Virus record (IMG/VR): IMGVR_UViG_3300030385_002649
Span: 1-64,000 of that record
Length of the DNA: 64,000 bases
Reading direction: 5' to 3' (one strand)
Under the pieces are notes generated by a model, which was given only the letters and a program-made list of their open reading frames with translations, ran no database searches and was not told the origin of the DNA. The position numbers and the translations under genes were made by a program. How positions within the stretch are numbered: the stretch's first letter is position 1; every line of letters starts with the position of its first letter. Shown piece after piece: positions 46,912 through 57,321 of this stretch.

Positions 46912-47162
46912 GTGACCTAGATGACATCGATGATTTCCTTAAAGTTTATAAGGGGTTGAAGCCTAGGGAACGCAAATTATTGAAGCATATCACTAGGCTT
47001 CAAGAAACGTCTTTTTCTGCACCTGCGCATTGGAACCGCGAGCCAACTAAAGCGATGTTGGATCGTGAAGAGCAATGCCGGATTCAAAGCGTTAAAGACT
47101 CTGCTAAGTTAGCAGATGCGGTCACGGAATTGTCCAGCAGTCTAAGGTCCCCTTTTCTGTGA
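46908..47162 (+). CDS. Hypothetical protein
   Basis: ATGA overlap. Confidence 0.6.
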   Translation: MSDLDDIDDFLKVYKGLKPRERKLLKHITRLQETSFSAPAHWNREPTKAMLDREEQCRIQSVKDSAKLADAVTELSSSLRSPFL

Positions 47163-47389
47163 TCCATCACTCAAACAATAGATCGTCAATCTCAAGGAGA
47201 GAGGATGAATAACGAATACTTTGTTTTTATCGACGAAGACCATGGAACTGTTCTGCTGTTCAGCGACCTAGAAAAAGCCCAAGCTGAGGGTTGGCCTGAA
47301 GAGGACGAATGGGAACAACAAACCGACGACGAGTGGCGTCGAGGTGAACACTGCGCAATTTATCGCAGAGAAGCGGACCAATACGACTG

Positions 47390-47641
47390 ATGAAAATCCT
47401 AAAGTTTTACACCGAAACATGCGGCCCATGCCGCCTGATGGCTGCGATTGTACAAAAAGTATCAACCGAGTACGAGGTTGAGCTAGAATCAATTGATGCC
47501 AGTCAAGACGAGAGGGCCAGCCAGTACAAGATTACTGCTGTCCCAACTTTTGTTCTAGTTTCAGAAGAGGGCGAACTCGACCGAAAGACCGGGGTCGTTC
47601 CTTATCCACAGTTTAAGGATTGGGTAGATGAATATCGATAG
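47390..47641 (+). CDS. Thioredoxin
   Basis: KFYTETCGPC, ITAVPTFVL. Confidence 0.9.
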   Translation: MKILKFYTETCGPCRLMAAIVQKVSTEYEVELESIDASQDERASQYKITAVPTFVLVSEEGELDRKTGVVPYPQFKDWVDEYR

Positions 47642-47882
47642 CCTTATAAGTCACCTTTCTACAATTTTTTTAATAGCAGCGGTTCTGATCTTTGTGGTCG
47701 GAGCTTTCATCATCTATGAGGTTAAACAAGAGCCTATTAAGAAGCAAGCCAAGGAGGGCGGTGCCATGCTAGTTAGCAAGGTCAAGACGGTTCTGGAGTA
47801 CGCGAAGTTGACAGCCCTCTGTCTCCTGATGTATACCGTGCCTGTTGCGGTGTCGATTATTTGTCTCTACTTCAAACCGTAG
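47628..47882 (+). CDS. Hypothetical membrane protein
   Basis: Two hydrophobic segments. Confidence 0.6.
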   Translation: MNIDSLISHLSTIFLIAAVLIFVVGAFIIYEVKQEPIKKQAKEGGAMLVSKVKTVLEYAKLTALCLLMYTVPVAVSIICLYFKP

Positions 47883-47894
47883 GAGTTATTATGA

Positions 47895-48449
47895 GTGACT
47901 ATTATGATGATCGCTCAACTTATGACGGATGAGAAGGTTGAAACCAGGAACATCATCGACCCATATTGGTATTGGGATACTGAGGCTATTAAAGCTGATC
48001 TTGATACCAAGCGTCATCCTTTTGGAGTGTTGATTTCCAACCTTCAGAACGATTTTAACATTGCTACCGTTATCCGCAACTCTAACGCTTTCATGGCTAA
48101 AATGGTTTACTATTATGGTCGGAGGAAGTGGGATCGTCGCGGGGCGGTTGGCACTCATAACTATATCCATTATAAGCATGTGCCTGAGGGTTCTCTAGAC
48201 GAGATTAAGGGTTATGCCTTGGTTGGGATTGATAATCTTCCTGGTGCTGAGCCTATGGATGATTTCGTTTGGCCTGAGAATACTTTAATGTGTTTTGGTC
48301 AGGAACAATCAGGGTTACCTGATTGTATCTTAGAAAGATGCGAGAAACTAGTTTACATTCGTCAATTCGGGAGTGTGCGCAGCTTAAATGTGGGTTGTGC
48401 CTCTTCAGTGGCAATGTACGATTGGTGCAAGAAAAATGCCAGTGATTGA
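47895..48449 (+). CDS. TrmH/SpoU-family RNA methyltransferase
   Basis: NLQNDFNIATVIRNSNAF, FGQEQSGL, SVRSLNVGCASSVAMY; start position uncertain. Confidence 0.85.
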   Translation: MTIMMIAQLMTDEKVETRNIIDPYWYWDTEAIKADLDTKRHPFGVLISNLQNDFNIATVIRNSNAFMAKMVYYYGRRKWDRRGAVGTHNYIHYKHVPEGSLDEIKGYALVGIDNLPGAEPMDDFVWPENTLMCFGQEQSGLPDCILERCEKLVYIRQFGSVRSLNVGCASSVAMYDWCKKNASD

Positions 48450-48678
48450 TCAGAGTTCTTTGGATGGCGCTGTAACGGATATTGAGGACTTGTTAGGGTG
48501 TGCGATAGGTAGTATGACCTTTTTCCAAGCTCTTGCAGTCTGTAAAAGGAACAACGAAGCTTTAGGGGTTTTGGAAAGTCATGGTATTTCTATTGAAGAA
48601 CTTACTGAGTACCTTAACCCTTAGGGTTCTTAGTCGTATATAACTTAAGCCCGAATGGGAAAGTAAGGCAAGCTACGA

Positions 48679-49023
48679 ATGAGCGAAGGCAAGGAAAATC
48701 CGGCTTCTCTGGAACCGGACGACGACAACGAGGACACGATCACCATTGACGAGTTCATTGAACTTTACGTTGAGTTTAGAGGTGTTCTGTTTGAAAAGGA
48801 AAAGAAGAAATACGGCAAAGGAATGTTGCTAACTTCTGTCCGAGAAGCGTCCTCTTTGTTCAAGCTGTGGTTTATCGACATGACGGATAGAGAAATGATC
48901 CATCGTTTGAAAGACTTAGATCCTTTCGGTGACGACGATAATGTCGACGATGACGATGACGATAATGACGACGACGACCAATCGGACCCCGATTGGTGGA
49001 AAAAAACACAAGGAGATAATTAA
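48679..49023 (+). CDS. Hypothetical protein with an acidic tail
   Basis: ORF track. Confidence 0.65.
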   Translation: MSEGKENPASLEPDDDNEDTITIDEFIELYVEFRGVLFEKEKKKYGKGMLLTSVREASSLFKLWFIDMTDREMIHRLKDLDPFGDDDNVDDDDDDNDDDDQSDPDWWKKTQGDN

Positions 49024-49317
49024 ATGTCCATTTTAAAAATGATGAATGAGCGTATTCTGCTAGAACTAGTGGATTACGATGATAGGGAGTCAACCACCCT
49101 CATTCTGCCAGAGGGAGCACACAAGACCCACCTTTATTTTAGGGTTCTGGCAGTTGGGCCTGGAATGGTGACTCACAACGGGCAACGGGTCGAACCGACC
49201 GTAAAGGAAGGCGACATGGTTATCATGGTTGGCGGTGGTACGCCCATCAGGATTGACAGGAAGGATTACCGTATTGCCACTGAGCGAGATTTCATTGCTG
49301 TAGTCCCTGAAAAATAG
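49024..49317 (+). CDS. groES: GroES-like co-chaperonin
   Basis: ERILLE, LILPE, RVLAVGPG, VKEGDMV, IATERDFIAV. Confidence 0.85.
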   Translation: MSILKMMNERILLELVDYDDRESTTLILPEGAHKTHLYFRVLAVGPGMVTHNGQRVEPTVKEGDMVIMVGGGTPIRIDRKDYRIATERDFIAVVPEK

Positions 49318-49337
49318 GGGGTTCCCAAAAATAATGC

Positions 49338-49733
49338 GTGAAACATAACCTCTTCAAATTCACTTTGCGAGCGGAATTCGACCCGGCCATTGCAGCTGGA
49401 GAGCAAATAGAAAGTTATGTTTCACGCATTACACGCAGCCTTAGTTTCGACCAGGCTGATCTAGAAGACATTTACACAATCCCAATCAAGGGGCAAGAAA
49501 ATTTAGCGTTATCTTACGTTAAACTTCTCGTTCGTGATTATGGTGTTGGCCAAGTGGGTGTCGATATTGTGAACGGCTGGATGTATAGGTTATTCGTCGG
49601 TTCACTTAAATCCAGTCTGAACGTTAAAATTCAGGCTGTAGTTGCTCATCCCCTAGTGTACGTTGCTACCGGTGCACTCATAGAATGGGATTGGGAGCAC
49701 AACAAGCCTATAATTTACGAACTCGAACTTTAA
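49338..49733 (+). CDS. Hypothetical protein
   Basis: ORF track. Confidence 0.55.
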   Translation: MKHNLFKFTLRAEFDPAIAAGEQIESYVSRITRSLSFDQADLEDIYTIPIKGQENLALSYVKLLVRDYGVGQVGVDIVNGWMYRLFVGSLKSSLNVKIQAVVAHPLVYVATGALIEWDWEHNKPIIYELEL

Positions 49734-49844
49734 CCCTTTTTTAGAAAGGTGTCATTATGATCACCATCCAAAAGAGTAAGAAAATCGAACTCCCGAGCGA
49801 AGATTGTCAGATCGAATCGTTTAGCCGAGCAGACGGTTTAATGG

Positions 49845-50042
49845 ATGACTGATCATAAGTTCTTCCTTGATAGGTTCTTTTGTCGCTGCTCCCACACAAT
49901 AAGCAGTCACGGCTTGGACCTTGAACGAGGGTGGGATCAGAGAACTAATTGTAGAAAGTGCAACTGTGGTGAGTCTCTTCGATGGTTCTCAAGAAGAATT
50001 GCCTCTAGAAATAGCGCTGGCTTAGAAAAGGCTTTGAAATAA
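49845..50042 (+). CDS. Small CRCxH-x4-H Cys/His protein, family member 1
   Basis: CRCSHTISSH...CRKCNCGESLRWFS. Confidence 0.65.
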   Translation: MTDHKFFLDRFFCRCSHTISSHGLDLERGWDQRTNCRKCNCGESLRWFSRRIASRNSAGLEKALK

Positions 50043-50209
50043 TGCCAGTGCGAGAAGTGAGTAGCGCGGAGACATGTAGGTGTTCTCACACTTTCTACGA
50101 TCATGATTGGTTGACAAGGTCAATATGGAAATGCACCTTGTGTAATTGTACGGATCATGGCCCATGGCTTTCACATTTCTTGCACCATGTATTGCACTAC
50201 AAATTTTAG
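50042..50209 (+). CDS. Small CRCxH-x4-H Cys/His protein, family member 2 (55 aa, not in the ORF track)
   Basis: TAATG coupling; CRCSHTFYDH...CTLCNCTDHGPWLS. Confidence 0.65.
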   Translation: MPVREVSSAETCRCSHTFYDHDWLTRSIWKCTLCNCTDHGPWLSHFLHHVLHYKF

Positions 50210-50264
50210 TTCGCGATTACTAATTTTTCAACAAGTATTTTATAATCTCAAAAGGAGGTGCCAA

Positions 50265-51680
50265 ATGGGAACTGGCGAACGTTTAATGGACGCCCGCTGC
50301 CGATTGGTGACGAGACTGCCATGGTATGGAACGATGGCACAACAATTCACCTGGGTATCCGACCCAAGCGTGAAGACGATGGGCGTGTCGATTGTCCAAG
50401 GTGGCAGGGTCATTTGCTATTACGCACCTGACTTCTGCGACTCGCTGACAATCATGGAAATGGCTGCCGTCGTCCGGCACGAGATCGAGCACATTGTCCG
50501 GCTCCATATTCTCCGTGTTGGAAGTCGAAAGCACAAAATGTGGAACATCGCGGGTGACATGGTCATCAACGGTAAGAAATCCAACCCCCAAATTCCCGAG
50601 CTACCAGGCGGGAAGTTCGAGGGCACCTACTATCCCGAAGAATGGGATTGGGGGATGACGACCGAAGAAGTCTACCACAAGCTCGACAACATTAAGGTCA
50701 TCGCCCACATTAAGGGTGGTTGTCCAAAATGCGGAAAGGGAGAACGTCCCCAGCCCGAGCCAAGTGGGGGCGATCAAGAGGGCAATCAAGAACCCAAAAA
50801 TGGCGATGAGAAGCAAGATGGGTCCGAAGGCGGCGACGAGCCAGGCGAAAATGCCGAAAATGGTGAATCCGGCGATGGTGGTCCTGGTGGCGGATGCGGT
50901 ACCCAAGGCCCTCCAGAGGATTGCCCAAGCTGTGGTGAACAGGCAGGTGGCAGTGGCGAAAGTCGCACTGAGATTTGGGGCAACCCGAACGGAACCGAGG
51001 TCATCGAGATCGAAATTGGCGACGGAATGGATAACCACGACCCCTGGCGTCAATCGACGGCATCAGAGGAAGAGGCCCGCCAACGCGTCAAGGAAATGTG
51101 TCGGAGAGCCAGCCAAACCGCTGGGGCAACTCCTGGCCACATGATTGACGCCATCTCCGCCCTTGATGATCCAGTCATTAGCTGGCGATACGAGCTAAAG
51201 CAAGTCTTCGGTCGCGTCCTAGGTGGGCGTCGTAGGACTTGGGCACGTGTCAACCGACGAGACCCTCGCTTCGGCACAAAGGGTAAGTCGAGCCACGCTA
51301 GGACACCGATCACCCTCGCGGTCGATACTTCAGGATCCATGTGCAAGAAACGACTAGAACAAGCTTTCGGCGAAATCGAAGGGGCCGCCCAGAAAACGAA
51401 GACGACTCTGGTGCAATTTGATCACGGCTACCAGTGCCACTCTCGCTACCGCAAGGGTGATTGGGCTAGGATCGAGATTAAGGGCCGTGGCGGCACGTCA
51501 TTCGTCAAGGCTTTTCAGGCTATGGAGACGCAACGATTGGTCGGGAAACTCAACATTATCATCACTGATGGTGAAGCTCCCTGGCCTCCGGAACCAGACT
51601 GGCCCATCCTCTGGGTCATTCTCAACTCGAAAGACAGGATCAAGCCACCGTTTGGTCGCGTGATTTACATCGACAAGTAA
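50265..51680 (+). CDS. VWA-domain metallopeptidase-like protein (DUF2201 type), MoxR partner
   Basis: VRHEIEH, WNIAGDMVIN, AVDTSGSM (MIDAS), GRGGTSF; AAAGGAGG RBS. Confidence 0.85.
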   Translation: MGTGERLMDARCRLVTRLPWYGTMAQQFTWVSDPSVKTMGVSIVQGGRVICYYAPDFCDSLTIMEMAAVVRHEIEHIVRLHILRVGSRKHKMWNIAGDMVINGKKSNPQIPELPGGKFEGTYYPEEWDWGMTTEEVYHKLDNIKVIAHIKGGCPKCGKGERPQPEPSGGDQEGNQEPKNGDEKQDGSEGGDEPGENAENGESGDGGPGGGCGTQGPPEDCPSCGEQAGGSGESRTEIWGNPNGTEVIEIEIGDGMDNHDPWRQSTASEEEARQRVKEMCRRASQTAGATPGHMIDAISALDDPVISWRYELKQVFGRVLGGRRRTWARVNRRDPRFGTKGKSSHARTPITLAVDTSGSMCKKRLEQAFGEIEGAAQKTKTTLVQFDHGYQCHSRYRKGDWARIEIKGRGGTSFVKAFQAMETQRLVGKLNIIITDGEAPWPPEPDWPILWVILNSKDRIKPPFGRVIYIDK

Positions 51681-51681
51681 T

Positions 51682-52197
51682 ATGGATACCATCACTGTCA
51701 TAAGCTCCCTCGGTTATGCCGAGGGAGCGCACCCTGCCGTGTTGATCTGGAATTATCTTGGTCATGAAAAACTGTCTGCCAAAAAATATGTTGATGACCT
51801 AGCCAACGTTTTCGTTTCTTTCGCCAAAACTCAGCATGCCACAACCGTATGTTGTAAAGAATCAAAGCCCAGGAAAGGGGCTAAATTTTGTGACAGTTGT
51901 GGCAGAGCGATTGAAGATCCCCTAGATCAAGCTTACATTTTGAAAAATGCAATAGCTAATTATCTTGAAGATCTTCATGGACTCACGAACGATTCAATCA
52001 GCGGTGACCTTTATGAGTTTCTTCAGAGTAACGACTGGAACTTTCACGGTAGTGTTACTGGAACTGGCAAGCTGATCACTGTGGACAACTTCGACAATTA
52101 CATCTTCCAAAACTCTGAAGTTTTCGGCGATGAAACGGAGAGCTGGCATGAGTCAATCGAAGAACGATTTCCGATACTGCAACGCCAACCTTGGTAA
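51682..52197 (+). CDS. Hypothetical protein with Zn-ribbon
   Basis: VCC...FCDSCG. Confidence 0.65.
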   Translation: MDTITVISSLGYAEGAHPAVLIWNYLGHEKLSAKKYVDDLANVFVSFAKTQHATTVCCKESKPRKGAKFCDSCGRAIEDPLDQAYILKNAIANYLEDLHGLTNDSISGDLYEFLQSNDWNFHGSVTGTGKLITVDNFDNYIFQNSEVFGDETESWHESIEERFPILQRQPW

Positions 52198-52815
52198 ACA
52201 ACGAAAATTCATACTTACCAAAGCCCGCACCGTGTCGGTTAAATGAAAGGTGATCAATAATGTACGTTCCGATTAAGATTTACGATGACACTCTAATTGG
52301 GTGTAGAATTCAACATAAGAGTCTTTCCGATAACTATGGTTTTCTGCGTGGTAAGATAACAATGGTTAGCCCTGACATGGGAACTATTCTGGTAGAATTG
52401 AATGACAATTCGCTGAGACGATTTGGTATTGGCGAAGTTAAAATCGTCTCAGCGTGAAGTATGAACGAAAATTCCAACTTTCCTGAGAGGTACTGGTATT
52501 CTAAACTGCCCTCTATCTCTAAAAGGTTGGAGTACCTGTTAAGTTTTCAAGCTCCTGTGGTTGGTACCGTTGATGAGCTTACAGAGTATTACTGCTTGGT
52601 CGATGAAGTCTATTTTAATTATCCTAACTTGTTTGCAACGATAATCAAATGGGAAACTGGTATTCTAGAATTCCCGAGCTTAAACGAAAGCTAGACACGG
52701 CTAAGGATAGATTCAAGGCCAATTTGTCGAAGGGACCATGCTCGCCAAGAGAATATTGGGATTGCATCGACAACATTGGAGATTATTATCCTAGCTTAAT
52801 GCCAATGGTGGATGA

Positions 52816-53100
52816 ATGGTCCAAATTGAGGTTAAGATAACGCAAGAGCACATCGACGATGGCTACGCAGGTAGTTGCGTTCGTTGTCCAATTGCTTTAT
52901 GTCTTATTGAAATGGGTTTTAACAACGTTTATGTGAGCGATAAGGTCATCAAAATAGACAATGAGGGTGGGGAGTCAATTCTCCACAAGGTCCCTAGGGC
53001 TGCTGATTTGTTCATTTATGATTTCGATCACTGTAATGAAGTTGAACCTTTTGTTTTTGAAATTTCTGATTTCCAGGTCCACCAAGGAGGACTAACATGA
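52816..53100 (+). CDS. Hypothetical protein
   Basis: ITQEHIDDG...CPIAL. Confidence 0.6.
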   Translation: MVQIEVKITQEHIDDGYAGSCVRCPIALCLIEMGFNNVYVSDKVIKIDNEGGESILHKVPRAADLFIYDFDHCNEVEPFVFEISDFQVHQGGLT

Positions 53101-53699
53101 ATGCTAACGCATTGTTTAAGAAGGCTGCGAAGGCTACCGCGTCGGTGAAGAAGGATGCAACCCCTGAGTTTCAGGATGCGTCGCTTGAAGCTGCTATCAA
53201 CTTGTTCCTAGAGGGCAAGAAGATGGAGAAAACCGCGAAGGCGCAAATCAAGATGGCTGAGGTCACCTTGCTTCCTCGTGCTACCGAGGCGCGCTATGAG
53301 ACATGCCGGAATGAAGGGGAGTATTTCTCTTCGATTAAGGCGTGTGTTGGGGATTTGAAGGTCACGGTGTCCTTCCCTAACAAGTATTCGAAGATTCCGA
53401 CTGATCGGGAGGATGATCTTCGGGGGATTTTCGCTGATCGTTATGATGCGTTGTTTGAGGAGAAGACGATTGCGTCTCTTTCTCCGATGGCGATGAAGGA
53501 TGAGGAATTTATCCAGACGGTTATCGATGCAATTGGGGCTGATAAGTTCGCTTTGTATTTCAAGGTTGAACAATTCATCGCTCCTAAGAGTGAGTATCAC
53601 GAAGCGCGAGCTAAGGATGAAGACCTTAGTGAGCTTCATCAACAAGCCTATGAGGCTGGTCTGATCAATCCGGTCAAAGCCAGCGTCAAGGCCGGTTAA
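53097..53699 (+). CDS. Hypothetical phage protein
   Basis: AAGGAGG RBS. Confidence 0.75.
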   Translation: MNANALFKKAAKATASVKKDATPEFQDASLEAAINLFLEGKKMEKTAKAQIKMAEVTLLPRATEARYETCRNEGEYFSSIKACVGDLKVTVSFPNKYSKIPTDREDDLRGIFADRYDALFEEKTIASLSPMAMKDEEFIQTVIDAIGADKFALYFKVEQFIAPKSEYHEARAKDEDLSELHQQAYEAGLINPVKASVKAG

Positions 53700-53728
53700 G
53701 TTTTTCAACTGTAAATTGGAGGGTTAAA

Positions 53729-54091
53729 ATGGACCTTATGCAAGTCGTCCCCGCTATTCGGGGCTTGGTGGAAGAAGAAGGATTCAAGTGCGAGTACGAG
53801 AACAAGGATTACGCGATCATCATCGCTAGCCTTGGGGACAAGCACTTCGAGTTCAATGTCGATACGGAGAAGCGAAACAACGCGGAGGAACGAGTCCTCC
53901 TTTTTGTTGGCGCGATGAACCGTCAATGGAACGAAGAGGATGAGCAGGAGAACCCGGTAAAGGAAATCTGCCGGGTTGACATTCACGACCCTGACTCCTT
54001 GGACAAGGTTCGCGTCCTCCTGCAAGGGATCCGGGACGAGCCTGAGAGCGTAGAAAGCGCTACGGCGACTGCTGAGCCAGCGGCTGAGTAA
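53729..54091 (+). CDS. Hypothetical acidic protein
   Basis: GGAGG RBS. Confidence 0.7.
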   Translation: MDLMQVVPAIRGLVEEEGFKCEYENKDYAIIIASLGDKHFEFNVDTEKRNNAEERVLLFVGAMNRQWNEEDEQENPVKEICRVDIHDPDSLDKVRVLLQGIRDEPESVESATATAEPAAE

Positions 54092-54122
54092 TCGCCACCT
54101 GCCGACGTAAGTTGGCGAATTT

Positions 54123-54164
54123 TGAGAGAGGTCCCAGGAATGAGTTTTCCTGGGACCTCTCTCA
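54123..54164. repeat. Perfect 18-bp inverted repeat with a 6-nt loop
   Basis: TGAGAGAGGTCCCAGGAA-TGAGTT-TTCCTGGGACCTCTCTCA. Confidence 0.9.
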
Positions 54165-54191
54165 TTGACAATAACTCCAAAGGAGACGATT

Positions 54192-54746
54192 ATGGCTGAA
54201 AAAGTTTTGTGGGGAAATTTGAGTTACGATGTTCCTCTTAAAAATCGCGCGGCTTACAGCAAGTTGCGAGCCTTGTTCAAGCGCAAGGCTGTGATGCAAA
54301 CAGCGTCATCCTACCTCTTCCCATGGGGTATGGCAAAAATCATCGAAGACGGAATCAAGAAGATCAACACTGACTCTGACGGATTCCCCCTTCAAGCGGA
54401 CCGCCTAGTGCGATACCGCCTCTTCAAGTTCGACGAGGAAGTCTCCGGCGAAGAACTGAGGAACAGCGCCGAGAGCGCTCTAAGTATGACGATGGCCAAC
54501 GCCAAGGAGCAAGTTAACAAGCTTGTTAACTCCCTCAAAAACGAGGACCTTGACGCCCCGGTGGACACCATTAAAAGTGCCAAAGTGGCGTGCCGTCGTG
54601 CGATCAACAAGCTGCGGGACGCTCGTGCCCTTGCTCTCTTGTTCAACATGACTGGTGATATGAACGCTGGTTTCCTCGCTTACGAGGCTTACATTATGGC
54701 GAAGCGCGGTGAAGTTGACACCATCGCGAAAAGTCTGGCAATTTAA
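54192..54746 (+). CDS. Hypothetical protein
   Basis: AAGGAG RBS before ATG 54192. Confidence 0.7.
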   Translation: MAEKVLWGNLSYDVPLKNRAAYSKLRALFKRKAVMQTASSYLFPWGMAKIIEDGIKKINTDSDGFPLQADRLVRYRLFKFDEEVSGEELRNSAESALSMTMANAKEQVNKLVNSLKNEDLDAPVDTIKSAKVACRRAINKLRDARALALLFNMTGDMNAGFLAYEAYIMAKRGEVDTIAKSLAI

Positions 54747-54748
54747 CC

Positions 54749-54772
54749 GATGGGGCCTTTCGGGGCCCCATC
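54749..54772 (+). terminator. Hairpin after the stop codon
   Basis: GATGGGGCC-TTTCGG-GGCCCCATC. Confidence 0.55.
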
Positions 54773-54792
54773 TTCAACATAAAGGGAAAATT

Positions 54793-56172
54793 ATGAGCGG
54801 TTTTGATTTTAAGAGTGATTGGGCTGGACATGATCGTTTCGATGACACGCTCCGAGAGCTTTCTGAGGGAAGACTTCCAGGAAAGTGGGGCGTCCTCCAA
54901 CAACTAGTTGGACATTGGGCTATCTCCAAAGGAGACCGAGGTATCGCTCGCTACGGTAAGGCTTCCCTAGACAGCCTAGGAACGGTGATTGGTTATCATC
55001 ACAAAAAGAAAAAGGTCCTAGAGATTGACGAGGATCACTGCAAGGAATGGCTCAACACCGGAGGTTACGCACTCGCCTATCCTGGAGCCTCTAGTTCCCT
55101 CAGCAATTTCATCTCGGCGGCTCTCAAGCCGATCCCGTTCAAGAAGAAGAAGATCCGAAACAAGCTTGGTGAGACCGGCAACGCCTGTCTCTTCGAGTTC
55201 ATCATGGAAGACGGCGACGATCCGAAGTACGTCTACTTTTATGACTCCTTTGGTGACTCTAGCTTGTCAAAGAAAACAGACACCTCCAAGTCTTCCTCAT
55301 TCTGGGAAGGGCCTTTCGTCAAGGCGGAACACAAGCAAGACCTTGTCAAGTTTATCCGCGACACGATCTGGACCCAACTTGACAGCACGACCGCTATGCT
55401 CGGTAAGAGTCCTAGCCCTTACAGTCCCAATCAGCTGAAGTTCAGTGCCTTCGATCCAGACTTCGATTTCCAATCCGGAAATGATGTCTGGAACGACATT
55501 GACACTCTGTCCCACCGATGTAAGGCGTTCTTGGACAACGGACAATCGAGGAGCATGCTCTTCTTTGGCCCTCCAGGAACTGGAAAGTCCACGATGGCTC
55601 GCGCTATCGCTAAGAAGCTCGACTTCAAGGTGTTGCTCATCGACCACGAAGCTATCAATCAGATCTCGAACACTAGCATCAGCCGGATCATCTCTTTGAT
55701 CGGCCCTGGGATGGTGGTCTTGAATGACGTTGATCGTCAGGATAGCAACACGGCTTCCCTCCTCCAGTCTTTGGAAATGCATTGTGATAATGACCAGTAC
55801 TTGGTTGTTTTGACGGTGAACGACATCTCTCGGTTGGACCCAGCGATGCTTCGTCCTGGTCGAATCAACGAGGTACGCAAGATTCCTGAACCTTCTAAGG
55901 AATCCAGGCGGGTAATCCTTGAGTATTATATGACGAAGTTCAAGCTCGATCTCAATTATGAGCAGATTGAACTCTTCATGGACAAGAGCGATGGCTTCTC
56001 TCCTGCGGACGTTAGAGAGTTCTGTGAGACCGCTGGTGCGATGAGTGTTGAACTTGCAATTGGTGAACTTCAACGAATCGAAGAGCAACGGGCGCTCTAT
56101 GCTGGAACCAACTGCGAGGATTTCAATAGTGGCATCCGATTTCAAGGGAAAGAATCTTCGTCACGGCGGTAG
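54793..56172 (+). CDS. Classical-clade AAA+ ATPase with a long N-terminal domain
   Basis: GPPGTGKST, VVLNDVD, LDPAMLRPGRI, GFSPADVRE. Confidence 0.85.
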   Translation: MSGFDFKSDWAGHDRFDDTLRELSEGRLPGKWGVLQQLVGHWAISKGDRGIARYGKASLDSLGTVIGYHHKKKKVLEIDEDHCKEWLNTGGYALAYPGASSSLSNFISAALKPIPFKKKKIRNKLGETGNACLFEFIMEDGDDPKYVYFYDSFGDSSLSKKTDTSKSSSFWEGPFVKAEHKQDLVKFIRDTIWTQLDSTTAMLGKSPSPYSPNQLKFSAFDPDFDFQSGNDVWNDIDTLSHRCKAFLDNGQSRSMLFFGPPGTGKSTMARAIAKKLDFKVLLIDHEAINQISNTSISRIISLIGPGMVVLNDVDRQDSNTASLLQSLEMHCDNDQYLVVLTVNDISRLDPAMLRPGRINEVRKIPEPSKESRRVILEYYMTKFKLDLNYEQIELFMDKSDGFSPADVREFCETAGAMSVELAIGELQRIEEQRALYAGTNCEDFNSGIRFQGKESSSRR

Positions 56173-56575
56173 CGTAGAGCGGCTGAAGCGACAAATGAAT
56201 TCGATTCAGCGTCACGTTAATTTAGGGCACATGAGTATAGTCGATGCACAACGATACATGTCTGATTATCGTCGACGTCTTAGGGACGAAGGAGACGAGG
56301 ACAAACGGCGTCGTGCTGATCTCAATAAAAGAAAGAGGAATAAATGATAGTTAATTATGGCGGCAAACCATTTATCATTAAAGCAACCCTAGAAGAAGTG
56401 ATTAGGGGTTATTTGATTTATCTTGAAGAACAATGTGAACTTGACGAGGATTGTGATTCCGCTGAAGCCAACATTCGTCAAGTTCACATTGGGCCGAACG
56501 ACAGCGGAACCTTCAAGGAAATCAGTGAAGTGAAAGTCACGATCAACTGTTCGACGGAGAATTAGCCAAGTGGGG

Positions 56576-56983
56576 CTAGTCGGCCATCAATTCTCGCAGG
56601 TTGTGTTCTAAACCTTGTGGGATTTCGATCTCCTCGTTAGTATCCGGGTCTACTAAGTCCTCGTCCATACTTCCCACGTATTCATCAAGAGTGGTGAAGT
56701 CATTAGGGTTGTTTGGATCGGGGATTTTTTTCTTTCGGTACCAAGAGTGGTCTGGTGGTCGATCCGCGTGATAATGGGTTGGTTTTAGATAATACCACCA
56801 TTCGTTCCAGGTGTAACCGCCAAACGTTTTCCGAACACCGTTAATTTCTACACCAATGGCTGGGTCTTCTTCTCGGCCTTTGGCGTTCCACCATACATCA
56901 GTTATCTCACTGCCGTACAACCCCATTATTTCTCCTGGGACTGGTGCGGCGTCTGCTGGTTTTGATTGATTGATGTCTTCCAT
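56576..56983 (-). CDS. Hypothetical protein (one of only two clear minus-strand genes)
   Basis: 135-aa ORF filling a gap in + strand coding. Confidence 0.65.
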   Translation of the reverse strand: MEDINQSKPADAAPVPGEIMGLYGSEITDVWWNAKGREEDPAIGVEINGVRKTFGGYTWNEWWYYLKPTHYHADRPPDHSWYRKKKIPDPNNPNDFTTLDEYVGSMDEDLVDPDTNEEIEIPQGLEHNLRELMAD

Positions 56984-57033
56984 ATCTTATATTTACTAGG
57001 AGCAATAATGACCCAATCACACATTGTTGATAA

Positions 57034-57321
57034 ATGAATGCTGACGATTCGTTTTTAAAAGTTTTTAGTGCTGACGGTCTTTCTCATTATTATGTGGATA
57101 TTTTAAATCTTCATAGCAACCCTAAAGAAGTGACTCATTTCAAGTTTTATCACAAGGACGTGTCAAGACTTCAGAATTACAACGGAACACCGTGGTTTAT
57201 TTGTTGGAAAGGTCGAGAAGAACCGACTGATGAACAAATTGATGTCCTCATTGGCGATTCCTACGAAGCGTGGTTCTCGCATCAAATTCGTTATGACAAT
57301 GAGGACATGAGAAACTCATGA
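57034..57321 (+). CDS. Hypothetical protein
   Basis: ORF track. Confidence 0.55.
   Translation: MNADDSFLKVFSADGLSHYYVDILNLHSNPKEVTHFKFYHKDVSRLQNYNGTPWFICWKGREEPTDEQIDVLIGDSYEAWFSHQIRYDNEDMRNS

Noticed and set aside
47891-47932. 13-codon uORF or frameshift at the start of the TrmH gene
   Set aside because: The best RBS points to an out-of-frame ATG, but an in-frame ATG at 47922 gives a plausible protein; evidence is too thin.
50218-50246. Sigma70 promoter upstream of the VWA gene
   Set aside because: TATAAT at 50241 has no acceptable -35 at 16-18 bp and no extended -10.
6964-55658. Many long minus-strand ORFs in the track (e.g. 6964..7758, 39086..39916, 55297..56145) and the + strand ORF 33335..33964
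   Set aside because: Antisense shadows of well-supported genes, with no motifs or RBS.
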